A DNA stretch of 64,000 nucleotides, from assembly GCF_002105155.1 (NCBI RefSeq), contig NW_019029002.1, positions 62,001 to 126,000 on the forward strand, in the 5' to 3' direction. The notes under the pieces were generated by a model that worked only from the letters and a program-made list of their open reading frames with translations, ran no database searches and had not been told where the DNA came from. The translations under genes were made by a program, and so were the position numbers. This DNA is from Lobosporangium transversale. Taxonomy: Eukaryota. Of this stretch, positions 39,623-56,540 are shown one piece after another. Every line of letters starts with the position of its first letter. The stretch's first letter is position 1.

Positions 39623-42600
39623 TTACACATCCCCACGGAAAAGATACATCAATTCTTGGAGCTGTGTCATATGATATCCAGATAGAAGTGAGAGAGGTTA
39701 ATGTTATGCACTTTGATCCAAGTTAGAGGGATATTACTAGAGCTTATTTTTCTAAGAAAAAAAAAAACTTACTCCAAGCTTAGCCAACTTCGGCACTGTG
39801 CCTTCACCAAGAGCCCCGTCCGCCAAAGCTTGTTTTTTAGCTTGTAATGCAAGGATCCTGTCCTCCACAGTTTCAGGGATGCATAAACGGTGAACAAATA
39901 CCTCTTTTGTTTGTCCAATACGATGCACTCGGTCAATTGCTTGGTTCTCCAGTGCTGGGTTCCACCATGGGTCCATAATCACTACACTGAATACAGAATG
40001 AAGGCTCATATTAGCAATTACAGCTCAAGATCTCATAGTTCAGAAGAAATGTAATACGACAAAATTCACCTACTGATTAGCGATTGTCAAGTTAAGCCCA
40101 AGTGATCCACATTTCAAACTGATAAGCATTAATGGTATCGTAGGGTCATTGGTCATTCTGATAATCGCTTCGTTCCTCTGCTCGGGCCTCATCGCTCCGT
40201 CATACTGATGAGAGTAGAAATGCATTTGAAAGCAGAATATACAGACATTAATATCTCACAATGGCACCCCACCAAGAAAAAAGGTTATGCCCATGTATCC
40301 AAAATATCTTACACGAAGAAACTTGATGCCCTCATCTCGCAAAGGTCTTTCCATCAAGGTGAGAAGACTTGTAAACTGTGAAAACACAATGATCTTCTCA
40401 CCTTTGGCTTGTACAGAACGTACAATCTCAATCATTTTATCGGTCTTACTGCTACTGATCCAAGTCTCTAACTCTTCAGGGACTGGAATAGGTGGAAGTA
40501 TATCCGGATGTCTGCTACTTTCATCATCCGATGCCTTGCCCTTTCCTTTTGGATCTTCAGCTTCAGCTACAGGAGTGGGATTAAAGCGGGCATTGAAATC
40601 TGCCACCGAGATCAAGTTCTCAATAGGAGCCAGTCTACGACATTCTGGACACCTGCGCTCCTCTTCATCATGACGAGACAAATGGGCTATGGATAACACA
40701 ATTACTAAGTATTAGTCAAGCCTAAAGGTGAGCTATAGTCGACGACTTCGCCGTATCAGAAAACATACCTGTGATACATGCACGGCAGTAGATATGGCCA
40801 CAGCCACTAAGGATAACGCTTTCTTCGCCCACATCCATGCAAATTGGACATTCTATAGCATCTAGACCTCGTTCTATCAGTCGACGACGGATATCCTTCA
40901 AAAGGCCGTCAAGAAGGCGATCTGTATGCGCTCTCTTGTCTTGTGGAGTTTTATCATCCATGGCCTTTTCAAAGTCATTAATTAAATGGGGATGACAGCA
41001 AGCTTGACGGAGCCGCAACAAAAGAACCAGGATCTGGTAAGCATGACAGCATGACATGTGGAAAAACAAGTTGAATCAGTTATCATAAAACTGAAAGCGC
41101 TGAATAGAACTGAAACTTTAAACTGTGGGTCAAATCACTTACATTGGAATAGTTTTTCATCACAGTTCCTGCTTTCACATAGGCATTAAACCTCTCTCTT
41201 GTTCTTGTCTCTAATGCAACATAGAAGGCTCGTTCATCATCAGAGAAAAGAGTGGGCACTCTCTGGACATTCCGAGCCGGAAGGTTTAAGATCGGTTTAC
41301 CATCCACCATGGATGCTTTTGTCCTCCTCAAACAGACAGCTTTCAAGAGAGCTTGGACGCGCTGCATTGCGCGGCCATACTGGCGCTGCTTCTTCATCGG
41401 CGTTGATATCTTGTTACGGAACTCCTCCCAGTCACAATACGGTTTAACTCCTAGGAAGCGGATAAGCGAATAAAGCTCATCGATGTTGTTTTGAATCGGT
41501 GTTCCTAAAATATGTATAATAATTTGCATAAATTAGTCTTCTTAGGTAGATTCTGATTTGATGAAGTCGAGGAATCCTAGATTACCTGTTAAACACCACC
41601 GGTAGGTGGCAGCAACTGCAGTACAGGCTTTCGAACTTTTGGTATGCTTGTTTTTGATCACATGGGCTTCATCGATGATAACACGATGAAAATGACCTTT
41701 GAATAGAGTTCCAATGGCTCTGCATTTGTTTGGATTTGGCTCTTTATTACCAAATTCGTTAGCTAGCGTCGTAATAGTTGTTATGATAACTAATCCACCA
41801 TCCACCAGATTAAGAACAAGTTAATCTATATTCACAAACAAGTTTTCTCACCAGTATCAGGGACTGCATCCATAGTCCTTACCATCATAGCGTCTCAAAA
41901 ATTCTGGGTCATAAAACTTTCCATTCCCATGATATACGTGGACTTTCAATAAGCCTGGTTGTGTTTTGGTCCTAATCTCTTCTGCCCACTGATACATCAA
42001 GGCCACGGGCGCAACAACTAAAGTAGCCTTCGTTTTGACAAGTTTTGATGGTGGAGGGGGCTCATGGTATATTGTACGGTCATCCCAAATTACTGGGTCA
42101 TCAATTGGATCGCAGGGCCGTGAGACGATTAGCGCCATCGCTTGAATAGTCTTACCTAAGCCCTATAAACAATCAAAAGGGTAAGTTAATACATCACCAG
42201 AAGCCAGACTTTAAAGCATTTTTTTCCTTCCTTCCAAGCGTCCTTTCGACATTAGCTAAATCTGAAACCTTACCATATCATCGCCAAGTATGCCACCACG
42301 ATTGGTTCCACTTTCCATTTTCTGTAGCCATGTCAGGCCAATCTTTTGATGCTCTAAGAGAGCAATATGAAAAGCCATGCCTTCAGGTGTCCCTGATCGA
42401 TCTTGTGGGGCAACTTCTTCTTCCGTTGCCTCAATATTCGTTAGCAACTCACGAAGCTCCTGCTCAGTCTGTGTAGTTGTCAAATTACGGTTAAAGTCGG
42501 GCTGTGGATATGAATATAGTTGGTTATGCATCCATTGGTTATATTTGCTATATCCATATAATCCATGATCATCCTCATCTTCATCTTCATCATCGTTGTC

Positions 42601-44004
42601 TTCCTCTTCATCAGGACCATCATACCAGCGCCGTTGCAGATCCTGATAATTAATGAAGACATTCGCAGCCCAGCTTGAGCTTGAACTCGAGCTGGGGCCG
42701 GTATACCAGGAATTACTTCCATATACAGGTATACACTCGTCATCTGAACTGGAGATATCATAAACCTGTTTTGTTAAGTCGATTGTTGGTTTAGTAAGAT
42801 CAATAGACGGTTGTTTCCCCCCTATCTCCTCTTGCTGTTTCTTGTTACTTCCTGCAGCTGATGCTAAATATTCAAATACCAATATATGATCAATATATTT
42901 CCTTGTCGGCTCGAAACTGTCTCCCTGGACCATGATTGTAGACATATATGACCTATAATTACCTAAAATTGCAGCGGCATGACTTTGGAGCGCAGTTTGT
43001 TCCACTCGACTAAAAGGGATTGCAGATATGGAGGCGGGATTGGTTACAGAGGCAGATGTCGTTTCCTCAAAGTTAGAAAATCCAGATGGGGCGCTGGGCT
43101 TTGATATGTCTTCACCTGGATCCCTCTTTTGTCGCTTCTCAAATATGGGGAAAAGTGGGCCTGCATTAGAAACTGTATGACTGTTATTTGCGCTCGACGA
43201 TTCGCCTTTTTGGGGAGATGTTATAAGATTGAAAGTAGCGGAATCCGATTTTGCAAACATCTTCGCCATTTCTGCATCTTCTTGCTCCTGGCGAGCTCGA
43301 TCAAGGGATGATTGAGAGATTGTATTATAATTTAAAATGTTAGATGACAAAGCTGGAAGACTGGACAAAGCGGAATTCTGATTTATAGCTTGATATTCTT
43401 CCTCTTGAATAGATCTTGCGAATGCTTCATCTTCTTCCTCACGCCGGCGCTTCAAGGCTGCCAAGCGCTGCTCCATCTGCTCTTGCTCCCGTAAAAGCGC
43501 CTCAAGGTCCATATCGCCCTCTCCTGCATCAGCTAATGCAGAACAAATACTCTCTACTTCTTGCTTGACGAGAGCAGCCTCGACAGTACTAGAACTAGAG
43601 CTAGAGCTAGAACTAGAGTCGTTGGAGTAAGAAGGAATCTCTGATAGTATTGGTGGCGTTTTCAGTCTAGAGGATCCTTCCTTGATCACGGTGAGATTAT
43701 TAATACTTGGTGAAGGTGATTGAGTACGGCCAGGGCTATCGATTGATGGCAGCTGAGATGATTCAGACGTACTGGAGGCGCCTTCCCGCTTGATGACTTC
43801 TTTATCATGTTCGCTATCGTTGCTATCGCCATTGTCGCCGTCTTCGTCGTCATGGATTCCCAATGCTTGTGCCAGCTGTAATTCAATTGCGTGGATTTCA
43901 TCTTTTAGAGCAGCCTTACGCTTGGGAGTATTAACTAGTGAATTGCTCTCTAGTTGCTGCATACAAATATTCAGTCTGTTTTTCAAGGCATCGAGATCAG
44001 TCAT
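39623..44004 (-). CDS. SNF2-family ATPase with RING finger (Uls1/Rrp2/Rad16-like); multi-exon
   Basis: GILGDDM|GLGKTIQ, RVIIDEAH, RWCLTG|TPIQN, LLRLRQACCHP, RING CPIC...CGHIYCRAC...CPECR, IVFSQFT and DPWWNP...QAIDRVHRIGQ; last exon LQELMYLFRGDV*. Confidence 0.92.
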
Positions 44005-44294
44005 GGCGTGTGATGGTCGAAGAATGTGAAAGAGACAAGGAACAATTTTTTTCTATTGTTCCAAAAAAGGGACAACTTGTACCTGTCTTCATTTGGTTAT
44101 TTTGGAGCCAATAAGTTTGCTTGTTACAAGCGGCAGAATTCATCCAATCAATTTAATCATAACATATACTTGTGGTTAAAAGGACATGATTTATGCAATT
44201 TGAACAAGCAGATGGCGAAGCTTTTTTTATTTTTTAAAAGCAGTATGCAGGTAAGGAGGGATACGATTTATTCGATTGAACTAGCAGATGGCGA

Positions 44295-44330
<36 letters not shown>

Positions 44331-44331
<1 letters not shown>

Positions 44332-45990
44332 CAGTCCAAGAACTTGATAATTTCATCTAAAGCAATACCCAGGCAAGCAAGTAAAATGACGATGAGCGAA
44401 AACATAAGGGCAATAAAATAAAAGAAATAGAATACATCGGCCCAAATACTTACTGACAACGCCTCCTGTGGCGATTCTCTCTGAAGCGGGCCTCGATAGA
44501 ACGGCTGACTGAAGTATGCTCTTCACGCCAGAGATGGCAGCAAACTCTCTGACCCCTTCATGACCAAATATCAGATTACCAAGAGCGACGAGCAGACGAT
44601 GCTGGACCTGTTGCTCTCGTTCTTTTTCCAGGATCTTACTTAGAGCGTCCATATATCGGATCGCTATGGTGTCATCATCTCGCTTCAGGAGCAGTGTCGA
44701 GTAGCTCATGTACACTGTAGCAACCGCCAACTTGAGATTCTTGTTTGAGCTCTGCCAAACAGCATCAGCTTCCATAAACTCAAGAACAGTTGAAATATCA
44801 TCCATGGCTGCCTTCTTGCCCTGTTCCGTTTCACAAAAGTTGACGACAAGGCGAGAAACAAGCATGAAGCTAGTCTCATCTGTCCTTGACGCTGTCAAAA
44901 GTGTTTTGAGCAGATCAGGTGTCTCAGCTGGACTAGGCGAGTAAAGAGCCAACAGCCTTAGCAAGTCCAACGCCGGAAAGCGTGATGCTTTAGGCCAGTT
45001 GTTGAAAATCTTTAAGAGAAGGGTTACGTACTCTGGCTGTGGCAACGGTTGTTTCGGCGGTGCTCCAAGAAATTTGAAAAGTGAATCCAATTGAGTCAAC
45101 TCTGTATCATCAAGAGCTACGCCTGATGACGCTAACTCTGTGTTCAGCTGCATAACTTTCTTGTGGATGGCAGGCAGATTGGCATCCTTGAAAGGCACAT
45201 TTGTTAGCTAATAATGATATTGACGTCGGTGATCACAGCATATTAATATTAATAAGTAAATTATAAAGAAGATATTATACTGTGTAAGCAGATCATCCAA
45301 TAATGTTGTAATTCAATTCATCACAAGCTGAAATACCTGAGGGATGAGCCTTTTAACGGCAGTCTGGGGCTTTGAAACATCGTTACCCCATGGATTGTAC
45401 TAAATATGAGTGATGAATGCGCACATTGGTGAGATGTACATTCAGAATTTTTAACATCTTGCCAAAAGTAACATTCCTCAAGCAACCTACTGATCCTAGA
45501 GAGGATGATGCCGTGTTTTGTTCAGGCCTATATCGTGAGCCTCCTATAAAAACAATAGTGTTAGACAGAAGGTGCCAAAAGAACATATTTCTAAAAAGAC
45601 AAACCTTTCTCCATGGGAAATAAAAAAAAAATTCATACCAGTCAATGGGTCTCCAGTAACTGCAACTTCACCCTGTGACACTGCCCGAGCGTTCTTGGTA
45701 ATGAAATCTGCAACTTGATCCAAATAAACTTGAGGAAGTTCATGTTTAACCAAGAATGCTTGCGCAGCAGTGTAAGGATTTTCTGTAACATTGAAAGGTA
45801 GCTTCAGGGTAGGGAGCCCCTCTCCTACATCAATATCAAATACATGATCATATTCAATCCCATCAAAAAGCTGTTTCCTGGTCTGTCCAACGGCATCGAC
45901 GACTTCTCCGATCTTCGACCATGATTGCTCAGCATTCGACCACTAAACCGGAATAGGACAGTTAGTGATGTGTTCAAATCAGTGCTCAGG

Positions 45991-46022
<32 letters not shown>

Positions 46023-47693
46023 TTGCATTATTACATATGCGGTTAGTTTACTCACCATATGGGCCTCTACAATATTCCCTACGCGAACCATCCTGACATC
46101 TTGATCTTTTCTCCCCGGTACTTGCAGAGCTTCAGGCCCCGGAAGGTCGTCCTTTTTAATATCTCCTACTTGGTTACTATATTAATGATGTCACAGTAGA
46201 ACCATCAGATTTCACCGTATTAACAACATAAGAGACCTGCGAAAATAAGGGTTTGACTTACGAGGGGATACTCGCTGCTGCGTTCTCTTCTTCATAAGCT
46301 TTGAGCGTCTCTGCATTGGCGACACGTTCAGGATTTCTGGTAAAGACACGGACAAACCCATCAGACCCACCACTCACGATATCACCATTAGGAAGGGATG
46401 CGACGCACCAAACAGAAACGCAAGGATGAATGATAGTTTGTGACAATGCGCCATCTAATGAATCAAAATATGCGTTGGCAAGGTTTATATAAATGTGACC
46501 AATGAACTGAAAACATAGTCCTATTAGATATTAGTGTATGATATACTTACTTTCCCAAACACGGACGGTTCTGTCCTCACCGCTCGAGAAGATTTCGCCT
46601 GTAGGAAGCGTTGCTAAAGAGTAGACGAAAGAGGTGTGTCCGTCGAGTGCTTGAACTGGATCACCCTCATTGGACCAGACAATGACAGCGCCATCATTTC
46701 CACAAGAAACGAAGCCAATGCCCGGAAGCAAAGCAAGTGCGCGAACGCAGTCTTCATGACCAGTTATAGTCTTGATTTTCTTGCCGTCTTTCCACATGGC
46801 TATTGTCTTGTCAGCGGAAGCTACATTAAGATTGAGCACTCTATCAGTCAAGTGACCAGCATCAAATTTTGACTCTTACTTCTACAAAAGAATTTGATAC
46901 CTTACCTGTAACCACCACATTATGCTCCAGCTCAAGAACGCCCCAAATAGCTTGAGCATGCCCTTCGAGGGTATGGACGCATTGCCAGTTCCTCCAGATC
47001 TTTGCTGTCCTAAATGAGAGTAGTTGAGTCAACAGATTGAATAACTGGGCATCGAATGACATGAGATTGCAATAGTCCGCTTACTTATCCCAAGAGCCAG
47101 AAACAATATGCCCATCCGTGTCTGCGAATAAAGAGCAGACGTTATCCGAATGACCGACAAGTGTGTACACAGGCGCACTAGCGTCCTCGGGATTCCAGAC
47201 GTTGATCAATTTATCACTTCCTCCAGTCACGATGAGCCCTTTTTCATTTCAAACAAAAGCACAAGACATAAGTACTTATTTCCAGGGTTTTTTTTCCTAT
47301 TCTTTTCTTTTTTGATCATCAGAACATCGTAAAGAACATGTTCTGGTTGATTTGAACACACCGTTAGGGTTGGCTTCAGAGACGCCAATAAAGGCGACTG
47401 AGTTAACATAGTTAGTGTGGCCAAGGAAGACTCTCTCTTCCGAGAAGGTGTTGTTTGACTGCCTCTTCCAAGTTCTGACGGATTTATCACGCGAGACGGA
47501 GACAACTAGTGAATCCGTGGGCGCAATAACTGCTTTGACCTGGAAGCAAGAGAGAATTACCCAAAGCAGTGAGGTGTTAGTGTCCACATTGCTTTGGGTT
47601 ACAAGCAAAACAACATTAATCTAGACTAATAACTGAAGACATGCGTACATCGCCCTTGTGTCCTGAAAGAATTGCAGAGAGTTGCCAGGTCAT
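44331..47693 (-). CDS. DOA1: Doa1/Ufd3/PLAA ubiquitin-homeostasis factor (WD40-PFU-PUL); multi-exon
   Basis: Start MTWQLSAILSGHKGD|VKAV; WD40 repeats, HPCVSVWCV...GDIVSGGSDG, PFU (YDHVFDID...LKLPFNVTENPY...YLDQVADFI) and PUL (WPKASRFPALDLLRL). Confidence 0.92.
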
Positions 47694-47832
47694 AGTGTAG
47701 GAAGATTTTAGAATGGAAAGAATGCAGCTCAAATTTTAAGACGAAGCAGAATAAAAATGAGCCTTGACGACGCGTAAGAGGGACTCGCCATTCCCCTAAA
47801 TGCAAGGCGAATATCGTTTAGTTCGGGGATAA

Positions 47833-50850
<3,018 letters not shown>

Positions 50851-51088
50851 AGCACCCCATCGTATACTATTGCATGGAATGAAATCATCCTTTTTCTATT
50901 AGCCGAGCGAATGTTCCAATTAACCTTATTAAAAAGCTGTTTAATCTATGTTGTCCAGGTTTCATTAATCAAAACTGATCGTAATTTTCTAATGATTACT
51001 TCAGTATCAATATCGTTCTTGTTGACCCTGCAACTGAAGGAAAGTGAAAGATGGGATAAAGGAAGATGAAATACAAGAACTTGAATCT

Positions 51089-51121
<33 letters not shown>

Positions 51122-51507
51122 CACTCGGCTCGGCACTCAGAGTAGAAGAAAATTAGACATGCCTTTCAAAAGGATGGAAGCTAAACCGATCCTTTGTCTA
51201 GATCAAGCTAGCATTGGCTTGGCCTGGATCCAGTCGATGCAGGGCACTAGGGCTAAAATTGGCTATAGACGTAATTAACATTTGAATAGACCTTCACCAC
51301 TGCATTTATTTTTGACCCGAAGCAATAACAACCTATCCTAAAAGTGTCTCGTTTTCGGGATGCACAACGTTGGAAAAAGGCGAAGTGGCTAAGTAAATAT
51401 TGCGACAGATACGGAATAAAGCTCATCTACAAAGTATCAAAGTGAAAAGTAATGATTACTTTATTCCTATCAAGATAAACAATTGTATTTTATTTTTTAT
51501 TTTTTTT

Positions 51508-52700
51508 TTATTGGGTACTTTTTTTGGCTCCACTCTCCGCATATGCATTAAGGATGTGCTCGATGATTTCGGTCATTCCAACGCCGTTTTTGACCTGCGC
51601 AAAGACGGTAGGCCCAGGACCACGCATCTTGGCAGCATCCCTGGCCATAACATCCAAATTGGCACCTACAATCTCTGCAAGGTCCGTCTTTTGTGTACAG
51701 GGGTATTTGAACCGTTGCAAATTTATTAGACTATGTGTTCACTAAGCAAGCACCAATATTGAAACTAGTTTCATTCACAAATATTAAGGTATTGATCTTA
51801 CCTTATTGATGACAAGCAAATCAGATTGACTGGTTCCAGGACCACCCTTGCGGGGGACTTTATCTCCCCCAGCAACGTCGATAACTAACAATTACAAAAA
51901 TAAAGGGTGTTTATGATACTTTGTCCCAAAATTAAGTCTCATAATCAGATGCCTGTAACTCGCATTGTTAAAACTTACCATAAATGATATAGTCTGCCAG
52001 CTCACGTGAATAATTTGCAGCCAAATTGTCTCCTCCGCTTTCAATGAGCAATAGCTCTGGATTGAACTTAGCCTGTAGTTGTTCTAAGGCAGCCAAGTTA
52101 GCAGAGATATCCTCTCGAATAGCGGCATGGGGGCATCCACCAGTTTCAATAGCCACGATGCGTTCGGGGTCCTCTAAGGCCTTATTTCTGACCAAAAAGT
52201 CAGTATCCTCGGTTGTGAAAATATCGTTTGTGACGCAAGCCAGGCTATAGTCCTTTGAAAGGCGCCTACACAGCTCTAACATCAGTGCTGTCTTGCCGGA
52301 TCCAACAGGGCTATGAGATTGGGAAAGAAAAATAAGTGACTTGTACTCTGTAATTGAGCAAATCTTTGGTTCAGATCTCAATGTCAAAGACTTACCCCCC
52401 GATACCCACGGTGAATGTGCGCTCTTCCCAGTCGCGTGTATCATAAACAGGCAATGCACGCTCTGTAAACTTGCCTGCTGTATCGATCTGTTCATGGCGA
52501 TGGCCATGCTCAATATCAGTCTGGGTCCACCCTTCGTACTTTGTAAGATTGTACTTTTGACTGCTGGTTAGCTTAGGTGCTTGGTCATGAGAGTGGGAAT
52601 GAGAAGAATCACTTGCATGGTCATGGCTGTGATGGTGGTCATGGTCGTGCCCACCAGCACCAGTAGCAGCAGAACCGTGTTTCTCAAAGCGACAGGACAT
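51508..52700 (-). CDS. ureG: Urease accessory GTPase UreG with His-rich N-terminus; 3 introns
   Basis: [11 protein letters not shown] tract, GIGG|PVGSGKT P-loop, [30 protein letters not shown] and INK|TD. Confidence 0.96.
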
Positions 52701-53583
52701 GTTAGGAGTGTTGAACAAAAATGTGGGAAAGAGAGAAAGCGAAAGGGGCCAGTCGTCTGGGAAAAGCCAATGTTCTCTCTTAGGATCTTACGGGGCAGGT
52801 AGCGGCAAGTCGCGAAGCTGTGGCTCTCATGTCAGCAATTAGAGTTTGACCCAGACCATTACATTGCACAGGCGTTAAATATTTTTGAGGTTGGTGTTCA
52901 ATATGGTTAGTCTCTAATGCAAGGCGGCCAACGTTGATTACTCGAAATCACATTTGTACGGTGAATACAATTTATCCGCATTATTCCTCATCATTATCGT
53001 GATAGAAGAAGTGTGACATTTGTCATGAAACGGATCATGAAAATAACATTCCATGCGTTCAATGCAAACTTTCTATTCTTACCCCCGTCCTCTGAATGAC
53101 AGATGCACCAGTAGAATTGCAAGGACGTCTTGATGATATCAAAAAAAAAAAGGCATTCAAGGGGAGCACACCCCAAAGCATCAACAAAAGGGAAATGCCA
53201 GCAGTATGGCTCATTTGTCTAACATCACGAAACCTCCAACTACTCGGCCTTCCTATTAATTCTTTTGCTCTTTCACATTTTCACCTTTCATTCTTTCACT
53301 CTATCATTCTATCACTCTTTCACTCTTATTCCCTCACTCTTCACTTTCACTCATTCTCTTTGCTTTAAATCCCACTGCCTTTCCTCTTAATCTTTTTTGT
53401 CTTCTTTCCTTCCCTATCCTAATACCTCTACTGCGCCCCAGTGGATTTGATTGCGAACAGCCCATCGAATGTACATATACTACCTGATCTGCACCACTCT
53501 TTGTATCCATGTGTCTCTGCTAACCTCCGCCTTTCTTTATCCCACTAGACTCTATATAATTTTATACTCAAAAGAGATCTAAA

Positions 53584-56500
53584 ATGAAATTGGTTCCTCG
53601 CGAGCTAGACAAGTTGGTTCTCCATCAAGTCGGCTTCTTGGCTCAAAAACGTCTGGCCCGTGGATTGCGCTTGAACGAGACGGAGGCCGTTGCTCTTATT
53701 GCCAGCCAATTGGGGGAATTTATCCGGGATGGCCGCCACTCAGTCGCAGACTTGATGGATTTAGGAAAGCAGTTTTTGGGCCGTCGCCAGGTCATGCCTG
53801 GTGTTGCTAATACATTGTATGAAGTTCAAATCGAGGGCACTTTTCCGGATGGAACCAAACTGGTGACCGTCCACGACCCAATTAGTAACGAAACTGGAAA
53901 CCTAGAGCTTGCCCTACATGGATCTTTTCTCCCTATCCCAGACATCGATGTTTTCTTTCCCCCTATTTCAGAAGCAGAGGAAAGAGAACATACACACCCA
54001 CCAGGTGCAATTGTCACTGCTCCAGGTACTCTGACAATCAATAAGGGCCGTAAGCGCCTGCGACTTGAGATCACTAACACAGGTGATCGCCCCATTCTGG
54101 TGAGTACTAATGTTTTACTCTGGTTGGTATTTTGTCTACGGAAGTTTTGACTGACCTCCAGGGCAAATTGAATGTTAAGGTTTATTTCGATGTCCGAAAT
54201 GAAAATTTGAGAACGTGCGGCTTTTTTGAATTCAAAATGGTTCAAGCCAATCGGATTACTTGCTGGTCCTTTGTCCTATCACTTTTTTTTTTTTTTTTTT
54301 TGACTCTGGATTCATCGAACCAGAGAGAGAGCAGGCTCTTTGTGTCCATTCACAAACATCTTTCCATTTCGAGTCATCGAAACAACTAAAAAGGAAATGA
54401 AGCCCATGTAACCACTCATATAAAAGGTGTAAGAGCTTTACCTAATCGTTTCCTTTTATATTCACAACCCACCAACATCAAAGTAACTGTTGTATTTGAT
54501 CTATGAGAATGATGCAGTTGAACGTAATCTGTGGTAGACCAATACAAACTATGATTGGGAATGGCAAAAAACGCTGTGTAACATGTGAGCGATAACGTTT
54601 TCCTATCAATTTCACCTTCTTTAAACCTTGATAATTCGGACAGTCTATTGCCTATCTGAAACGCGTGTTTACATGACGTGCTTTGAATTGAACTGAATCA
54701 AACCTACGTGGAATTCATAAAGACGTATTCCAGATCTGTTAAACGCCTGCAAAGATATCAAGCTAATTGTGAATGTATTCGACTTTACTTATAGGTTGGA
54801 TCACATTTCCATCTGATAGAGGCCAACAGTGCACTTCAAATGGACCGCGCACTCGCCTATGGACGCAGACTTGATATCCCAGCCGGGTCTGCTATTCGTT
54901 TTGAACCAGGTGAAAAACATACTGTTACAACTGTCAGTATCGGAGGCTTAAAGCGTATTAGTGGTGGAAATAACCTTGCAACTGGAACAGTTGACCCAGA
55001 GAAATTAGAGGAGATCATGTCAAAGGTCATTTCACAAAACTTTAGTCATTCTGTTCAATCACCATTATTGAATGAAAAGGAGATCCCAGAATATCAAATC
55101 CCAAGAGAAGTATATCAGTCATTCTATGGACCTACAGTCGGGGACCGCGTCAGGTTGGGTGATACTGGTCTCTGGATCGAAATTGAAAAAGATTTTACAC
55201 ATTATGGGGATGAATGTAAATTCGGAGGAGGAAAAGTATTGCGAGAGGGCATGGGCCAGGCAAATGGTATACCCGATTCTGAAGCACTGGACCTTGTCAT
55301 TACAAATGCCATTATCCTCGACTATACAGGAATTTATAAGGTAAGAAATAATAATAGCAACAGTAATAATACTAATGATAGTAAAAAGCAAGAGAGAGAG
55401 AGAGAGAAGAAAGAAAGTAATATTAAGGATATACCCGAAACTAATCTATGAGAATTTATTTTTGCACTCCTGTTAACAGGCTGATATTGGTATAAAAAAT
55501 GGCCTTATTTCCGGTATCGGCAAGGCTGGTAATCCAGACGTGATGGAAGGTGTGTCGCCCAATATGATTGTTGGCGTGTCAACAGAAGTGATGGCTGGCG
55601 AACACAATATTGTTGTTGCCGGCGGGATTGATACACACGTTCACTTTATCTGCCCACAGCTTATTGATGAAGCACTTACCTCGGGCTTGACAACGCTCAT
55701 TGGAGGTGGCACAGGACCGAATACTGGCTCAAATGCGACAACTTGTACTCCCGCAGCGGAATTTGTTAAGATGATGTTTCAGGCAACAGATGCATCTCCC
55801 GTTAATATTGGTATCACTGGTAAGGGCAATACAGCCCATTTGAACGGCATCCATGATCAGATCAAGGCTGGTGTTATTGGGCTGAAGCTTCATGAAGACT
55901 GGGGAACTACTCCAGCTGCAATCGACAACTGCTTGACGGCGTGCGATATGTATGATGTACAGGCAACCATTCACACAGACACGTTAAATGAGGCAGGATT
56001 CGTGCAGTCAACCGTCGGAGCCATCAAAGGTCGTACTATTCACACTTATCACACCGAAGGAGCTGGAGGTGGACATGCCCCCGACATCATCACCGTTTGT
56101 AGTCACCCTAATGTTTTACCATCCAGTACAACCCCTACATTGCCGTTTACAAGAAATACCTTGGATGAACATATTGACATGCTTATGGTCTGCCACCATC
56201 TTGATAAAAATTTGCCGGAGGATGTTCATTTTGCGGAAAGTCGTATCCGCGGAGAGACCATTGCTGCTGAAGGCTGCCTGCATGACATGGGAGCTATCAG
56301 CATGATCAGTAGCGATGCACAGGCCATGGGTCGTATCGGTGAAGTCGTTGGACGAACATGGATGATGGCAGATCGCATGAAACAAATTCGCGGACATATC
56401 CCAGACAATACGCCCAATGGCTTTGTAACCACAGCAGATAATTTCCGAGTGAAGAGATATGTTGCCAAGTATACAATTAATCCGTAAGTTATTTCCCCTT

Positions 56501-56540
<40 letters not shown>

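Noticed and set aside
5749..47693. Several ubiquitin-system genes (AMSH-like, SNF2-RING, DOA1) as a functional cluster
   Set aside because: Common gene class, widely spaced with unrelated genes between; likely chance.
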